DNA of 64,000 nucleotides from Leucoraja erinacea (GCF_028641065.1 NC_073400.1:7564001-7628000); one strand, 5' to 3'; positions 11,727-24,915 are shown, counted from the stretch's first letter. A program made the numbers and translations. Notes: generated by a model not told the origin, from the sequence alone.

Positions 11727-13789
11727 AATGTACTGCATTTGAGTTTTGTCTTGCCTGCAGAGTTTGAAATTAATGTCTGTTTGCAAATTAAAAAGGTATT
11801 AAATACAACAGTAGTTCCAATAGTGGCCATTAGGAAACGTCACTATTTTCCCTGAGTCTGAAAACATTTCCTGACCACTAATGTCTGCTTTGACCGTTAG
11901 CCATACAGCTTCCATGTAACTACTATCTCTTTCATCTCAATGTTTTTCAGTTCTATTTAAAATATTGACAGCATGCTGCTGGCTTGAAGGAGTTGCCAGC
12001 TAGTCTGGTAAACTGATACTGCTACTAATAGACATGGAATGATTCAGCATTTGTTCGGCTGTCTGCCCATTACAACTTGCTAACCCCACAGGTAAGGTCA
12101 CTCAGTACACCATCAATGCTCACTAAATACATTGCCAAAATCTGACTACAGATCAAAGTTTGTATATGCAAGGTAAAACAGTAGAATTGCAATCAAAATT
12201 AAATTTAATGAGTGGAAACACGTTCTCTTCAATATAGCACATTAGGAGGAGACTGAAACTAGTCTAAGAAGCATTTGATGGCAGGAGCCATTGAATGACA
12301 AAATGATGGGCCTTGAAGCAAATGAAAATTGCATCAGCAAATTGGTCTAGAAAATGAGAGCAAGCTAGAATTCTAGATGTTTTAGAATATTTTTCATTGT
12401 GTGAATTTTACATTTATAAGGACTGGTAGTTTCTTGTTTTATGAAGTATGGTATGATTAAGCTGCAATTTTGTCTTGCCGCTGAATATAGAGAACTCTTG
12501 TTTGATTATCAATCTAATATGGTCTTTGTTTGTCCAGATACATTTGATGTGGTGTTATAGTGCATCTGAAGATCGGTCTTCCCACCAAAACTTGTGTGGA
12601 AATATTGTTGACACCTCAAATTATTTTTGTATCTGCCTATATATATTATTCCTTTCCAGACTTGAATGCTTATGGGCCTGTCCCTCTTAAGCATTTTTTT
12701 TGTGTGCAAGGGAAAGGGGGTGTAGGAGAATATTCATGCCATTGAATTGCAAGCTACCCAAGCAGAATACAAGGTTCCCCAGTTTGTCTTTTGTCTCACT
12801 AGGGCGATGGAGGAAGACACCTGCCTCTACATCCACACATCATTCTCTGCCAACCAGGGTTTTTGATATTAACATGCTTGATCACTCATCCTTTGCTCTT
12901 TGCAAGAGAACAAATCAACTGTATCTTTATTTTTTGTAGGTTAAGAAACACTCTTAATGTGCTCCGATGACAAAATTATTGATTGAAATCTTATTTGACA
13001 GTCATGGATGTGTGCCCTGGTGAACCTCCTTAACAACAGCTGTTTCTGTTTCATCCTGGTTGTTGGGATACACAACAGGCCACCCAAAATCAATCAAATA
13101 TTTTTAATTTGTAACGTATTTATTCCAAGGCAACTGGACCAGCATAGTGAACCTCACAGGTCCATAACAGAGTAACAAAGAGCAAATATCGCTACCCATA
13201 ATCTTGGTTATCCTTGCAATATTATTGTCCTTATTATTACGTTATAATCTGAAAAAATTCTAACATAATAATTACAGGCGTTATAATATAACTCACTGTT
13301 GTCCTGCTTAATTTCACTGTATCACTCGCTATCACCTCCACAGCCAACGATGGAGCAATGTGGCTCCACCTTTCTTTGAACATTGTTGCTAGCTTTGATT
13401 TGTCCTTTTGCATACCTTTCATTCATTTGTTCCCTGTAACTTTTCGTATCTCTCGATTCCCTCTGCATGACTCAGTCTAAAGAAGGATCTCGACTTGAAA
13501 TATTACCTTTTCCTTTCCTCCAGAGATGTAGCCTGACGTACTGAGCTGTTCCAGCTTTTTGCGTCCACCTTGGATGTTGTACAGGCGGTATAAAGTTAAT
13601 CATCTGAACAGGTTGGTTATCGATCAACTTGAAAGGTGTGAAATTCACTTTTTTGTAGATCATAGGATTTTCATTTCTATCCTATTGGGAATCCTGAAAT
13701 CAGGGTTCCAAAATTTTAGTTATGATTGGTCTTTGGAGATGAGATGCCTGCAGAGACATTTGCACTTCAAATGAAAGAAATGAGTAGCA

Positions 13790-14769
13790 CAAAAATACAG
13801 CCAATGTTTTATTGTACGGCACAAAGTAGCAGGATGTATTTTGGATACTAAATATAGCGCAATAATATTCACTACATTGGCATTCTATGCCTGAAACAAC
13901 TTTTTATTACCTTATTACAAACCTACACTATGAAATGTTCTGCTCATTATTGGGTAGCTTAGAACTTTCTCTTCATTGGAACATATCACTTTAGCTACCA
14001 TCTATGAACTGAAGTAGAAGACGATCAGAACATGTTCAATAAACTTGTGATGCACGATGAGAAGCGAAAGCAACTCAGTTCAGTCCAAGTGAAATAAAAT
14101 ATATGAGTTTGGTTTCTCTCCCCCGGTCCCACTGCGCCAAATGGAGTTGAAGTATTTGGCTTTGAAAGCACTGAATACTCTATAATAAAGAGAAGTAATA
14201 CGCAGTTATTTACATATAACAGTTATATGTAACTGTTGGTAACTGTCGACAATGTTGGTAGAGTTTAGCAAGCAGGGCTTTTGACTTATGTTCTGTGGAC
14301 TAATTCTGATTGTGATTATTAGTGTGATTAATATCCGTCAGGACTCCAAGTCCCTGTGCTGTTCGTTGAACTTGCATTGAGTTATGGTCACATGAGAGCA
14401 CAAATAGAGTTGTTTAAATTTTGACAATGCAGAAATGTTCTTCAGATTGCACTAAAATTTGAAGTGCTGAAGTCTCTGAAATAAGGTTTGAACATGTGAC
14501 ATCCAGGCTCAGACAAGCAGCAGTGCCTTAGCACATTATCCATGATGGGTGAAATTAGTCTTTGTTTGTTTGCGAGCAGATTAATTTCTAGATGCAGAAT
14601 CACACACTTATTTGCTAAATGTTCCTGGCCAGATAGTTATATGTGGATTAAATTGGTGCCGATTGCAGACAGCTCTTTCCTCCCGCATAATTGAAACAGC
14701 TTCCATCCTCATTGCAGTGCTGCCTGGATTGCCCCGGTGTGCAGTATTTCATTCCTTGGACTATTCACC
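13790..14769 (-). other. Candidate non-coding terminal exon (3' UTR) of APOBEC2
   Basis: Minus-strand acceptor ttttgcag ending at 14770, about 1 kb of repeat-free sequence, and AATAAA at 13808-13813. Inference only; an alternative acceptor lies near 19939. Confidence 0.35.
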
Positions 14770-15584
14770 CTGCAAAAGCTGACACAGCTGATTTTTTCAA
14801 AGAAAATCAAGACTTGTTTAGTTTAGAGAAACAGGCCTTTCGGCCCACCGAGTCTGCACTGACCAGCGACCCTCCACATTAATGCCATTAGCAAACACTA
14901 GGGACAATTTACACATACCAGGTCAATTAACCTACAAACCTGTACATCTTGGAGTGTGGGAGGAAACCGAAGATCTCCGAGAAACCTCATGTGGGAAAAC
15001 ACTGGTACGTAGCATAGGTTCATGGCTTTGCTTGAGCTATTCCCAGTTCCCTATTATGAGGGGAACCTTATGTGGTTGGAGCACAAAATACAAATATTTT
15101 TTGAGTGCACCAGCAACAGGTGAAATCTAATTTGTTGGCCTCAATTTTATGAAATTGTTTCATGCAATATCATGATAAGGGTTATGAAGAATTATCATCT
15201 GAAGAAGGGTTTTGGCTCAAAACGTTGCCTATTTCCTTCGCTACTTAGATGCTGCCGCACCTGCTGAGTTTCTCCAGCACTTTTGTCTACATGCAAAATA
15301 ATTGTTGCATTTAATACTTTTTACTACCAATTTTTATTATGTATTTTGCCTTTTTTAACAAAAATGATGAGCAAGAAAAACATTTACAGGGGGGGAAATA
15401 AAGCAGACTATCTTAAATCTAAGTTTTCGATGAAATGAAATTACTTTTCAAACTGATCTTGAAATAGTAACTAACTGCAGGCCTTGAGACTACAGTTAAT
15501 CCTCGTTATTACAGACCTCTTTAAAACATATTTTATTACAGTGGACAAAATCTGTTGGAACTGAGGCATCCATTCGTACAGGAA

Positions 15585-16908
15585 CAAAGGACATTTGGCA
15601 CATTAGGATAGCAGAAGCAGGATTGGTCCTAGTCAGCATGGATTTACGAAGGGGAAATCATGCTTGACTAATCTTCTGTAATTCTTTGAGGATGTAACTA
15701 GGAAAATGGACATGGGAGAGCCAGTGGGTGTAGTGTACCTGAACTTTCAGAAAGCATTTGATAAGATCCCACATAGGAGATTAGTGGGAACAATTAGAGC
15801 ACGTGGTAATGGGGGTAGGGTACTGACATGGATAGAAAATTGGTTGTCAGACAGGAAACAAAGAGTAGGGATAAACGGGTCCCTTTCAGAATGGCAGACA
15901 GTGACTAGTGGGGTACCGCAAGGCTCGGTGCTGGGACCGCAGTTATTTACAATATACAATAATGATTTAGGTGAAGTGATTCAAAGTAACATTAGCAACT
16001 TTGCAGATGACACAAAGCTGGGTGGCAGGATGAACTGTGAGGAGGATGCTACGAGGATCCAGGGTGAGCTGGACAGGTTGGGTGAGTGGGCAGATGCAGT
16101 TTAATGTGGATAAATGTGAGGTTATCCACTTTGGTGGCAAAACCAGGAAGGCAGATTATTATCTGAATGGTGTCAAGTTGGGAAAAGGGGACGTACAGCG
16201 AGATCTGGGGGTCCTTGTTCATCAGTCACTGAAAGTAAGCATGCAGGTACAGCAGGCAGTGAAGAAAGCAAATGGCATGTTGGCCTTCATAACAAGAGGA
16301 GTTGAGTATAGGAGCAAAGAGGTTCTCTGCAGTTGTACAGGGCCCTAGTGAGACTACACCTGGAGTATTGTGTGCAGTTTTGATCCCCTAATTTGAGGAA
16401 GGACATTATTGCTATTGAGGGAGTGCAGCGTAGGTCTACAAGGTTAATTCCCGGGATGGCGGGACTATCATATGCTGAGAGAATGGAACGCCTGGGCTTG
16501 TATACTCTGGAGTTTGGAAGGATGAGAGGGAATTTGATTGAAACATATAAGATTATTAAGGGTTTAGACACTCTAGAGGCAGGAAACATGTTCCCGATGT
16601 TGGGGGAGTCCAGAACCAGGAGCCACTGTTTAAGAATAAGGGGTAAGCCATTTAGAACGGAGATGCGAGGAAACACTTTCACACAGAGTTGTGAGTCTGT
16701 GGAATTCTCTGCCTCAGAGGGCGGTGAAGGCCGGTTCTCTGGATACTTTCAAGAGAGAGCTAGATAGGGCTCTTAAAGATAGCGGAGTCGGGGGATATGG
16801 GGAGAAGGCAGGAACGGGGTACTGATTGGGGATGATCAGCCATGATCGCATTGAATGGTGGTACTGGCTCGAAGGACTGAATGGCCTACCCCTGCACCTA
16901 TTGTCTAT
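15585..16908 (+). mobile_element. CR1 LINE ORF2 RT region and 3' UTR, frameshifted
   Basis: YLNFQKAFDKIPH, GVPQGSVLGP, FADDTKL and YKIIKGLD, with the CR1 3' tail. Confidence 0.92.
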
Positions 16909-16914
16909 TTTTTA

Positions 16915-17218
16915 TAACCAGGGGCCACAGTTTAAGAATCAGTGGTAAGCCAATTAGAACGGAGATGAGGGAAAACTTTTTCACACAGAGAGTTGTGAAT
17001 CTGTGTCATTCTCTGCCTCAGAAGGCATTGGAGGCCAATTCTCTGGAAGCTTTCAAGAGCGAGTTAGATAGATCTCTTAAAGATAGAGGAGTGAAGGGAA
17101 ATGGGGAGAAGGCAGGAACTGGGGTGCTGATTGTGGATGATTAGCCATGATTACAGTGAATGGCGGTGCTAGCTCGAATGGCCTACTCCTGCACCGATTG
17201 TCTATTGATTATTGTCCA
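16915..17218 (+). mobile_element. Second CR1 3'-end fragment in tandem with the previous copy
   Basis: TRGHSLRISGKPIRTEMRENFFTQRVVNL plus 3' UTR and ctattg tail. Confidence 0.85.
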
Positions 17219-18859
17219 TTGACTGAGTTTGTTGTTTTACAGAGCGACCACGAGATGGTTGGAGCAAATCTTACAGTATGCAAACTTTTATTTACAATGT
17301 TTAAAGTGTTATGTAATTTGTGGCCTTTCCTATTTATTGATTGTTTAGTGTGTTTATTGGTAGTTTTTCCAATAATGTACATATTTACCCCCTTTGGTTA
17401 TAGCGGACAATCACCAATAACTGCTACCATTTCCTCGCCCCACCCCCACTATGGTTCATTATAACGAGGGGTATATGCATTGTTGTATCGCTTCACGTCA
17501 CTTTGATTTCAAAGTCTGATCTGTGCATGTTTTCTGTATTTGCGAAAAACAACTGCTTAAAATATTTTGCTAAGATGGCTCTTGAAAGAAACATGATTTC
17601 AAACCACCAAACAATTATACCCTTGGTTCAATGAAACCGTAAATCTTCCAAAGTTGAAATGAAACAAAAATAGCTGCTGTTGCCAGAGACAATCTGATGG
17701 AATGAAAACTGAACTTGAAAGGAACAGCTGATGCTACGTATCGAGTTCCCTCATATATGATTGTGATACTGCAGTATGGACAGAAATCTCTCTCAACAGG
17801 GCTGCAAATTGTCCTCTATATATTAACCATTTTGTTTGCAAGCGAGTACTAAAAGCTTTCCCCTGCTTGTTGAATGTCCTGAATAGAACATTTCAATCCA
17901 ATTACTGCATATCACAAAAGTGTGAGTACATTCTATGAACTTTTCATTCAGAAGGGGAGAAACAGAATTGGGTGCTTTTCCTCTCGGCAGCTTTTCTATT
18001 TAACCTCGCCTGCAAACTAACTTCATATACCCACCATTGACTTATGTTCCTTAATACCACCCCATATAAATCTGTCAAAGATTTGAATTTAGTAATTGAT
18101 ACATGTGTGAAAATACATGTACTGAGAAGTCCATATTTGTCAGTACGTTGAATCTCTCCCACGGTAAATCTGAAAAACCATGTTCTAACTCTTAGCAATG
18201 TCCTTTGTCAGAGATCCCTAGAACCATCAAAAATAGTTTATCCTTATCAGTTTCCCTTAACATCTTGCAGAGTACTATAATCATTCTGGAATCTTTTAAA
18301 TTCAATGGAATGTAATGTCTGTGTAAAATCCCCTTTCAATTTAAAAATTGAAATCAATGTATTACTATGGTAAATCTATTCAGCACTTCTTCAAGATAAC
18401 ACCATCCTCTGGCCCATCTATATGGGATGGCAGGAATCTATTTAGTCTTTTCAATTGTTTCCATATCTCCATGACATAGTTATGATCAATTTACATGGAA
18501 TCCAAGTTTCCTTGAAGTGTCACCTTCTCTACCTATCAACATGCGAAACAGGATGTAGTTGAATAATGTCAAACATTAAATGGTGTTTTAAATTGTTGCT
18601 TTTAGTAAACTAGAAAAGTAGACAATGTAAATTTAAATAAGTGAAACATCATTTAAAAAAATATCAGAATTTCCATATTGCAAAAATGGAAAAAGATCCA
18701 AAAGACTGATTATTTGAGGGAAACATGTTCATACATTCTAGGAACAGAATAAGGCCATTTGGCCCATCAGGTCTCAACCCGCCAATCAATTGTGGCTGAT
18801 CTATCTTTCCCTTTCAGCCCCATTCTCCTGCCTTCGCCCCATAACCCCTGACATCCTTA

Positions 18860-19338
18860 AGAGCCTGTGTCAAACTTGGGCGACCTAATCTGCGAGTTCA
18901 GGCGAGTTTGCCCTCAACTCATACTCGCAGCATGGTCAACACAAGGTCGTAGGAGGTCTTCGTATCTCTCCTTCATGCTCGAGAGTGGTCTCCGCATACT
19001 CGAGGCCTCAGCTAGGTCGCGGCGATTTTTTCAATATGTTAAAAAATGCCCGCCAGTAAAAAAATGTCGCAATGGAAAAAATCGATGCTTTCTTTACTCG
19101 TAGGTTTAGTCGTAGTACGTCGTCATGTTAGTCGTTAGTAATCGAGGATAGTCGAAGGTGGTCGTAGATAGTCTTCAACATAGTCGAAGGAGGTCGCCTT
19201 CGCTCTCCACTATTCGGTGTCCAATTTTCCAGAAGTTAGTTGTAGCTAGTCGAAGCCAGTCTTCAACATAGTCAAAGGAGGTCTTCAACATGACATTTTT
19301 TTTTCAAACTCCTAAACTCGGCAAGTGAGACAGCCCCT
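18860..19338. mobile_element. PIF/Harbinger-type non-autonomous element nested in a CR1 3' UTR
   Basis: TTA TSD at 18857-18859 and 19339-19341. Degenerate TIRs agagcctgtgtcaaactt and aagtgagacagcccct. Excising it restores the CR1 sequence cctgacatccttactaatcaagaatc. Confidence 0.75.
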
Positions 19339-21566
19339 TTACTAATCAAGAATCTGTCAATCTCCTCCTTAAAAAAATATCCATTGACTTGGCCTCCACA
19401 GCAGTGTGGAATTTTAAAAGTGCATTTGAAATGGAGGGAGAGTTTTACAACACCAAAGACTTGGGTTGTAATGAGGACAATGACTAGCTAGGCCGATGTA
19501 ATAATATAAAATGGCTGCTCTATCCAGTTATCAGAAGGTATAATTTTTTTACATTCGACATTTGAACAGCATTATGCGTGTAGAGATACCTGAGGTGGAA
19601 ATTCACCATGCCATTTTGTTCCATTTTCACATCACCTTTTGTTAGTGATGAAGCCAGTGTGACACTGTTGCACCTAGGGTAGGAATTATTTTCAGAATTT
19701 TCAGACTTTCTCAGCTACTATTTGATACAATGGGTTTTTAAAATATACTTGCAAAATATGGTTGCTTTGTAATATTCCGTAACTTTTTATGTTGGATATT
19801 TATCTCAGCCGAGGGACTGTTTTCTCCCAGTTCCCTCCCATAGAAGCATTCAGCTTCTCCCTCACAGAGCTGGAGATCATGGAGGCTGCTCTCAATATTG
19901 TTATGAGCATCTCTGATGTTATAAAATTATAATATCCCCTGCAAAAAATGCACACTGGGGAGTTTCAGCCTGTTAGAAAAAAAAATCACACTTGAGTCAA
20001 TGCAGTTTAAAGTTCTTCATTATGTTAGCAAATGATGCCTTTAATCCATCACACTTGCACCTGTGATAAAGCTGCATGCATCGATATTACACCCTGGCAT
20101 ATGCAACTCAAAATACTTTAATTTTTTAGTAGGACAAATCAGTAATTGTACCACTATGTTTTCACAATGTAAATATGCAACTCTCCGTGAAATAAATTAA
20201 AAATCCTAGGTCTGTACATATGCTCTTCAAAAATACTCCAGCTTGGTGTTGTAACATTTTCAGTTTTATTGCTCTCCATTTTAAATTCTATGACTCCATT
20301 GCTGCCTGCATGAAGTTGTCATAGTTACACCCTCCCACCATTGGTGCTGTAGCACCTCAGTCTTGCAATTCCCATCACATATCTTAATAGCAATTTAAAA
20401 TCAAAGAATATTCTTTATTCTGAATGGCTAACTGTTTCTCGTTCCATGGATGCTGCCTGACCTGAATAATTCTTGTATTTTCTAACTTTATTTTACGTGT
20501 CCCAAGATTTGCAACTAAACAAAACTTAGATTTACGACGAGGCTCTGAGCTATAGGGAGAGGTTGAGTCAGCTGGGGCTCTATTCCTTGGAGTGCAGGAG
20601 GTTGAGGGGTGATCTAATAAAGATGTATAAGATCATGAGAGGAATAGATCGGGTAGATCTCTTGCCCAGATTGGGGGAATCGAGGACTAGAGGTCTAAAT
20701 CATAGGTTTAAGGTTTAATAGGAATCTGAGGGGTAACCTTTTCACACAGCATAAAATGATTGCACCTGAAAATACAAATATAACCTTAAAATAGCGCTTA
20801 GTTTGTTCCACCCTGCTCCAATCATCCCTCACCTGCAAATCCTACTTTAATTGCAGGTTGTACACCATTGAAAATAATTTGAGATTCTCAGCTGTAAGCT
20901 TTCCTATCTTTTCCTGTTGTTATTATTTAGTAATGTTTATCCCCTTTATGGTACCGTTCTGAAAATTGTCCTGTTCTGCCTGTCTGTTGATGCAAACCAT
21001 GATCGGGAGCTGGGTTGGTGAAACTTGACATACACATCGTCACACTATTCCAACCATCTAACAAAAACACTGCAGGCTCTCTGGTGTCAAACCTGTTTTT
21101 AACGCAAGCATTTTAACATTGGTTATTTGGTGAAAAAAAATTATTGATTCTTGCCATGAATCAAAGGAAGATTTTTCTTCTGTTTCCTATGTTTGTTCAC
21201 TGAGAGAATAATGTAGAGATACAGTCTGGCAGACCACAAAGCCAATACCACCTTCATTGGCATAGCAATCTTTGCACCAGCTTGCATTCATCAGTACCAG
21301 AGAGTATTACAGATTCCCTCAAGCTGTATACAGAGGTAGGGTGTTCAGAGTTGGAGTGCCTGTCTCCTCTCGTAGAAACTCTCTGGAAACACTTTAAAAC
21401 GTGGGGATTGGTACCACAAGGCTCATTCCTGCTCACCCCTAATTTTATTGGCATAAATCAATAAAATGTTAACCAAATGTCCAATATTGACAACATTGCT
21501 CTTGCCGTTCCTTGTATAAATCAATCACAACAAACAAGAGTGCTCACGGCAAATATACATGGGCGT

Positions 21567-21596
<30 letters not shown>
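21567..21596. repeat. Poly-G tract (30 nt)
   Basis: Seen directly, about 65 nt inside the APOBEC2 3' UTR intron. Confidence 0.95.
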
Positions 21597-21597
<1 letters not shown>

Positions 21598-21666
21598 GGA
21601 TGGAGGAGAAGCATCAGACTGTGGCAACCCCTATTATTTGGGGACAAGCCAAAATGCCTCACCCTT

Positions 21667-22201
21667 CTAGGCATGTTGTAGAATGTCATTAAGAATCCTT
21701 TCATAAGCCGAGCTACTGGTTGGTAGGTCTTCCCAGGGTGCAAACGGTTCCCCCTCATTTTCGACGTAGGTGTTCCAGCAGTAGTTGTACTCGGGAGCCT
21801 TCATGATCCTCAATCGGCAACCAGCGGCTTTCAGCAGCTTCAGGCCTTGTTGGATCTCGGGCTCTTCCCACATGAATAAGCGGGCAATGAAAATGGTGAG
21901 ACAGACGTTGGGACTCTGCTTCAGGTAAGCTACAATTTTGGAAGCACAGGGCGCACAGGGGCTGGAGGACACGTACCAAATGATGGAATACTTCAGCTTG
22001 CCATCACACCCCTTGAAGACGTCTGTGAAGAAGGCCTCTTCAGCATGCATAGTTGTGTGCTCATCCTCCACATATCCTTCAGTTTTCCGACACTCCGCAC
22101 CCTCTTCTTCCACTGAATAGCACAAAAATGTTTTATTCCTCCCGGATGAATATTCTACATTTTTAAACTGGAACATGAAGAAAGAAGAAGGCATCTGCTG
22201 T
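21667..22201 (-). CDS. APOBEC2: APOBEC2 exon 2 (zinc-dependent deaminase fold)
   Basis: Minus-strand acceptor ttccag at 22202 and up. Encodes (G)QQMPSSFFMFQFKNVEYSSGRNKTFLCY...HAEEAFF...WYVSSSPCAPC...RLFMWEEPEIQ...ILQHA*. HxE and PCxxC zinc motifs plus the APOBEC2 signature NVEYSSGRNKTFLCY (human E60 equivalent kept). Confidence 0.97.
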
Positions 22202-22341
22202 CTGGAAATTAGAAGGTGCATATGTTATTGGCATGAACAAAATAAGATGTCTTAATCAAACAACCAATTTAAATGCTAAATGCTTGCCAATAAAAAAATG
22301 ACTCCTCTTTCCTATAAGTTAATTAATCCAATATCTTCTAA

Positions 22342-22789
22342 ATGCCTGTCCCACGAGCATGCGACTGCATGCGGCAAGCGCCACCAAACCGGAAGCGGGG
22401 GTCGCGCGGAACATCGAGTGATCCCCGTACAGGGCCTGTCCCACGAGCATGCGGCGAGCGCGCGACCAAACCAGAAGCGGAGCGGAGGTCGAGTGATCCA
22501 GTACGAGTTGACGTGAAGTTCGAGCGAAGTCTGCAGGAAGTACGGCATTGAGGCCGTACGAGGCGGTGCGTACAGCCTCAATGCGGATGCGGGCCGGCAG
22601 ACTGTTGCCGCGCGGAATTTTTGGAACAGTCAGTTTTTCAGAGCCCCGGGCGATGTCGGGACCATCTCCGCACAACTCCATACGGCTTCGGCGATCGAAG
22701 TGGGACCGGCCCCGCGAGGCCGCAAGCCTCAAGCGACCACGTTAGGTCGCGCTTGCCACATGCAGTCGCATGCTCGTGGGACAGGCCCT
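22342..22789. mobile_element. PIF/Harbinger-type MITE, CpG-rich
   Basis: TIRs gcctgtcccacgagcatgcgactgcatgcggcaagcg and cgcttgccacatgcagtcgcatgctcgtgggacaggccct, flanked by TAA and TTA. An internal second copy of the left end sits near 22431. Confidence 0.8.
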
Positions 22790-24690
22790 TTACTGTTCTC
22801 TGAGCTATTTTATGTTACAATCTTATCAAATGTGCAATACCTTATCAAATGTCTTTCAAAAATCCAGATTTTTTTTCTTATCTACCCTGTCTGATAAATC
22901 TTCTAAAATGTTTATTAGATTTCTCAAACCTGATTCCCCACCCCCTCAAAACCCTGTGGATTCTGTCTCGTCATACTAAGAGCTTGGGAATGATCTTTGA
23001 ACATGACCATAATGACGTATTCAAGCTTTTTACCACTAAGAGGTGTAAGGCTAACAGTTTCATCATTCTCTAATCCCCTTCATCCTTTAAATAAAGGTTA
23101 CATTTTCTACCCATCAATCTGCTGATGTGGCACCAGAATCATCAATCTGGTACCTCAGCAGTTCATTATTTTAAAAATCCTGCAATATAGTGCTAACAAG
23201 CCTAAGGCATTTTTACTTTGTAGTCATCGACAGCATCAATCAACGCAGGAGCAAGCCCTTTGGAAGCCTTTGATCAAAAGTCCTCCAATAAATGTATCCA
23301 ATAATTTCTCTTTGCTGATATATTTTAACTTCAGATATCTTCTGTGAGGAAAGGGAGTCTCTGACATGAGCAAAGATAAATGTTCCATGCAATAGTATAG
23401 CCCTGGAAAACAACCAGTATCACCAAACCCACATTGACTAGCATTTATCTCAATGCTAATTATGAGATGGGGCTGAGAAAGAGATTGGTGTATCTACATG
23501 AGAAACAACAAGTGAGCTTTAATGTAATTTATAAATGGTACACTTTGTGATGTACAGATAAATAATTATCTATATATGTTTTTTTGATACATCAAATATT
23601 CCTGTCACGTGTAGTCAGAGTACTCATAAGTGAAGCGAGTAGAATTAGGTCATTCGGCCCATCAAGTCTACTCCGCCATTCATTCATGGCTGATCTATCT
23701 CTCCCTCCTAACCCCATTCTCCAGCCTTCTCCCCATAACCTCTGACACATGTACTGTCTACTATGTACTGTGGCAAGAATGAAAGGATCAAATGGCAACT
23801 CTGAAGGCTTTGTTATAATATAACAGCTCAGATGAGATCAGTGAGATGAGCCCAATGACTCTAGTGTCACCGACAGATCAAGAGTCAGTTGTACTTGTTT
23901 CAGATCCCTGCCCCTCCCTACATGTTTCCCAGTGAAGCCTGTGACTGTTTTTTTTTCCAGTGTTCATTGCCACAGCTGAAAGAAATGGAATTTCAAATAT
24001 ATTTTTAACTTCCCTTATCTCAACAGGAGGAGGCACTGATGTCGCCCTTCACCACCTGGCCTACACAGGGAAGAAGGGCAGATTTAAAGGGGAAAACTGC
24101 CCGGCCTTTTCCCCCGCACATAACACAGGTTCAGAAGAAGATCAATTTGCTCAGTGGTGTCTGCGAAGGTATTGCCCGGCGCCTGTAAAGACACATTAGT
24201 TGGGTTATGGTGGCCCAGCATATGTTTTGTTAACCTCCTTTCATCCCCCCTTCTCCAACCCCCCACTGACATCCCAATTGCACTCTTTTGAATGAGCCTT
24301 GCACAATGGCACAAGAAGGCAGTCTTTGCATACACTTCAGTGGACATGAAAATCTGAGGGTAGCTCTGGCCCAAGGCAGGAGATGGGGAGAGGATCAAGG
24401 TTTGGAACGGTAGTGGCCAATGTCCATCAGTAAGAAAGGTTTAGGTTGGTAGGTAAGCAGGAGGATCAGTGGTGGGCAATCGATGGGAAGATTTGGAATT
24501 GGGGGAGCTTTGGTCAGGTGAGTATTGGTGGAGAGGTTGCGAAAGGGTAGGATACATTATGGAACTGTGGGCAGTGGGATGGTGGTGTGGGCCATGCGGG
24601 AATTAAATTGTTATGAAGGATCCTGAGGTCGTTTTCAGCAGTGGCCTGGGATGTGCCTTGAGCATTCTCATGGGTCTGCAATATCACAGA

Positions 24691-24915
24691 CCTGGAGAAG
24701 CATCACAGCAAGCTTATGAGCCTGGAGAAGTGGCATGCATCTGGAGCAACCTCACAAGCCTTGAGCAACCTCATGGGCCTGGGGAAGTGCCATGCATGTG
24801 GAGAAACACCACATGCCAGGAGCAATGTTACAGGCCTGGAGAAGTGGCAGGCATCTGGAGAAACATCACATGCATGGAGCAGTGCCGCAAGCATGGAGAG
24901 TTCTCACAGGTCTAG
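24691..24915. repeat. Degenerate minisatellite, 19-nt unit with 57-nt higher-order period
   Basis: cctggagaag-like starts at 24721, 24778, 24835 and 24892. Subunits cctggagaagtggcatgca, tctggagcaacctcacaag and ccttgagcaacctcatggg. Confidence 0.8.

Noticed and set aside
11071-11742. Several + strand ORFs of 65-123 aa, and similar ones at 16287, 24912, 28154 and 53206
   Set aside because: Antisense shadows of CR1 ORF2 that recur with each CR1 copy.
21667-22221. ORF-track start MHLLISR for the deaminase
   Set aside because: The first residues are intronic; the real N-terminus is exon 1 at 31917-32029, spliced in phase at 22201.
22280-22803. Cluster of overlapping Arg/Ala-rich ORFs on both strands, also at 43883-44292
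   Set aside because: By-product of GC-rich, stop-poor repeat sequence; no domain similarity recognised.
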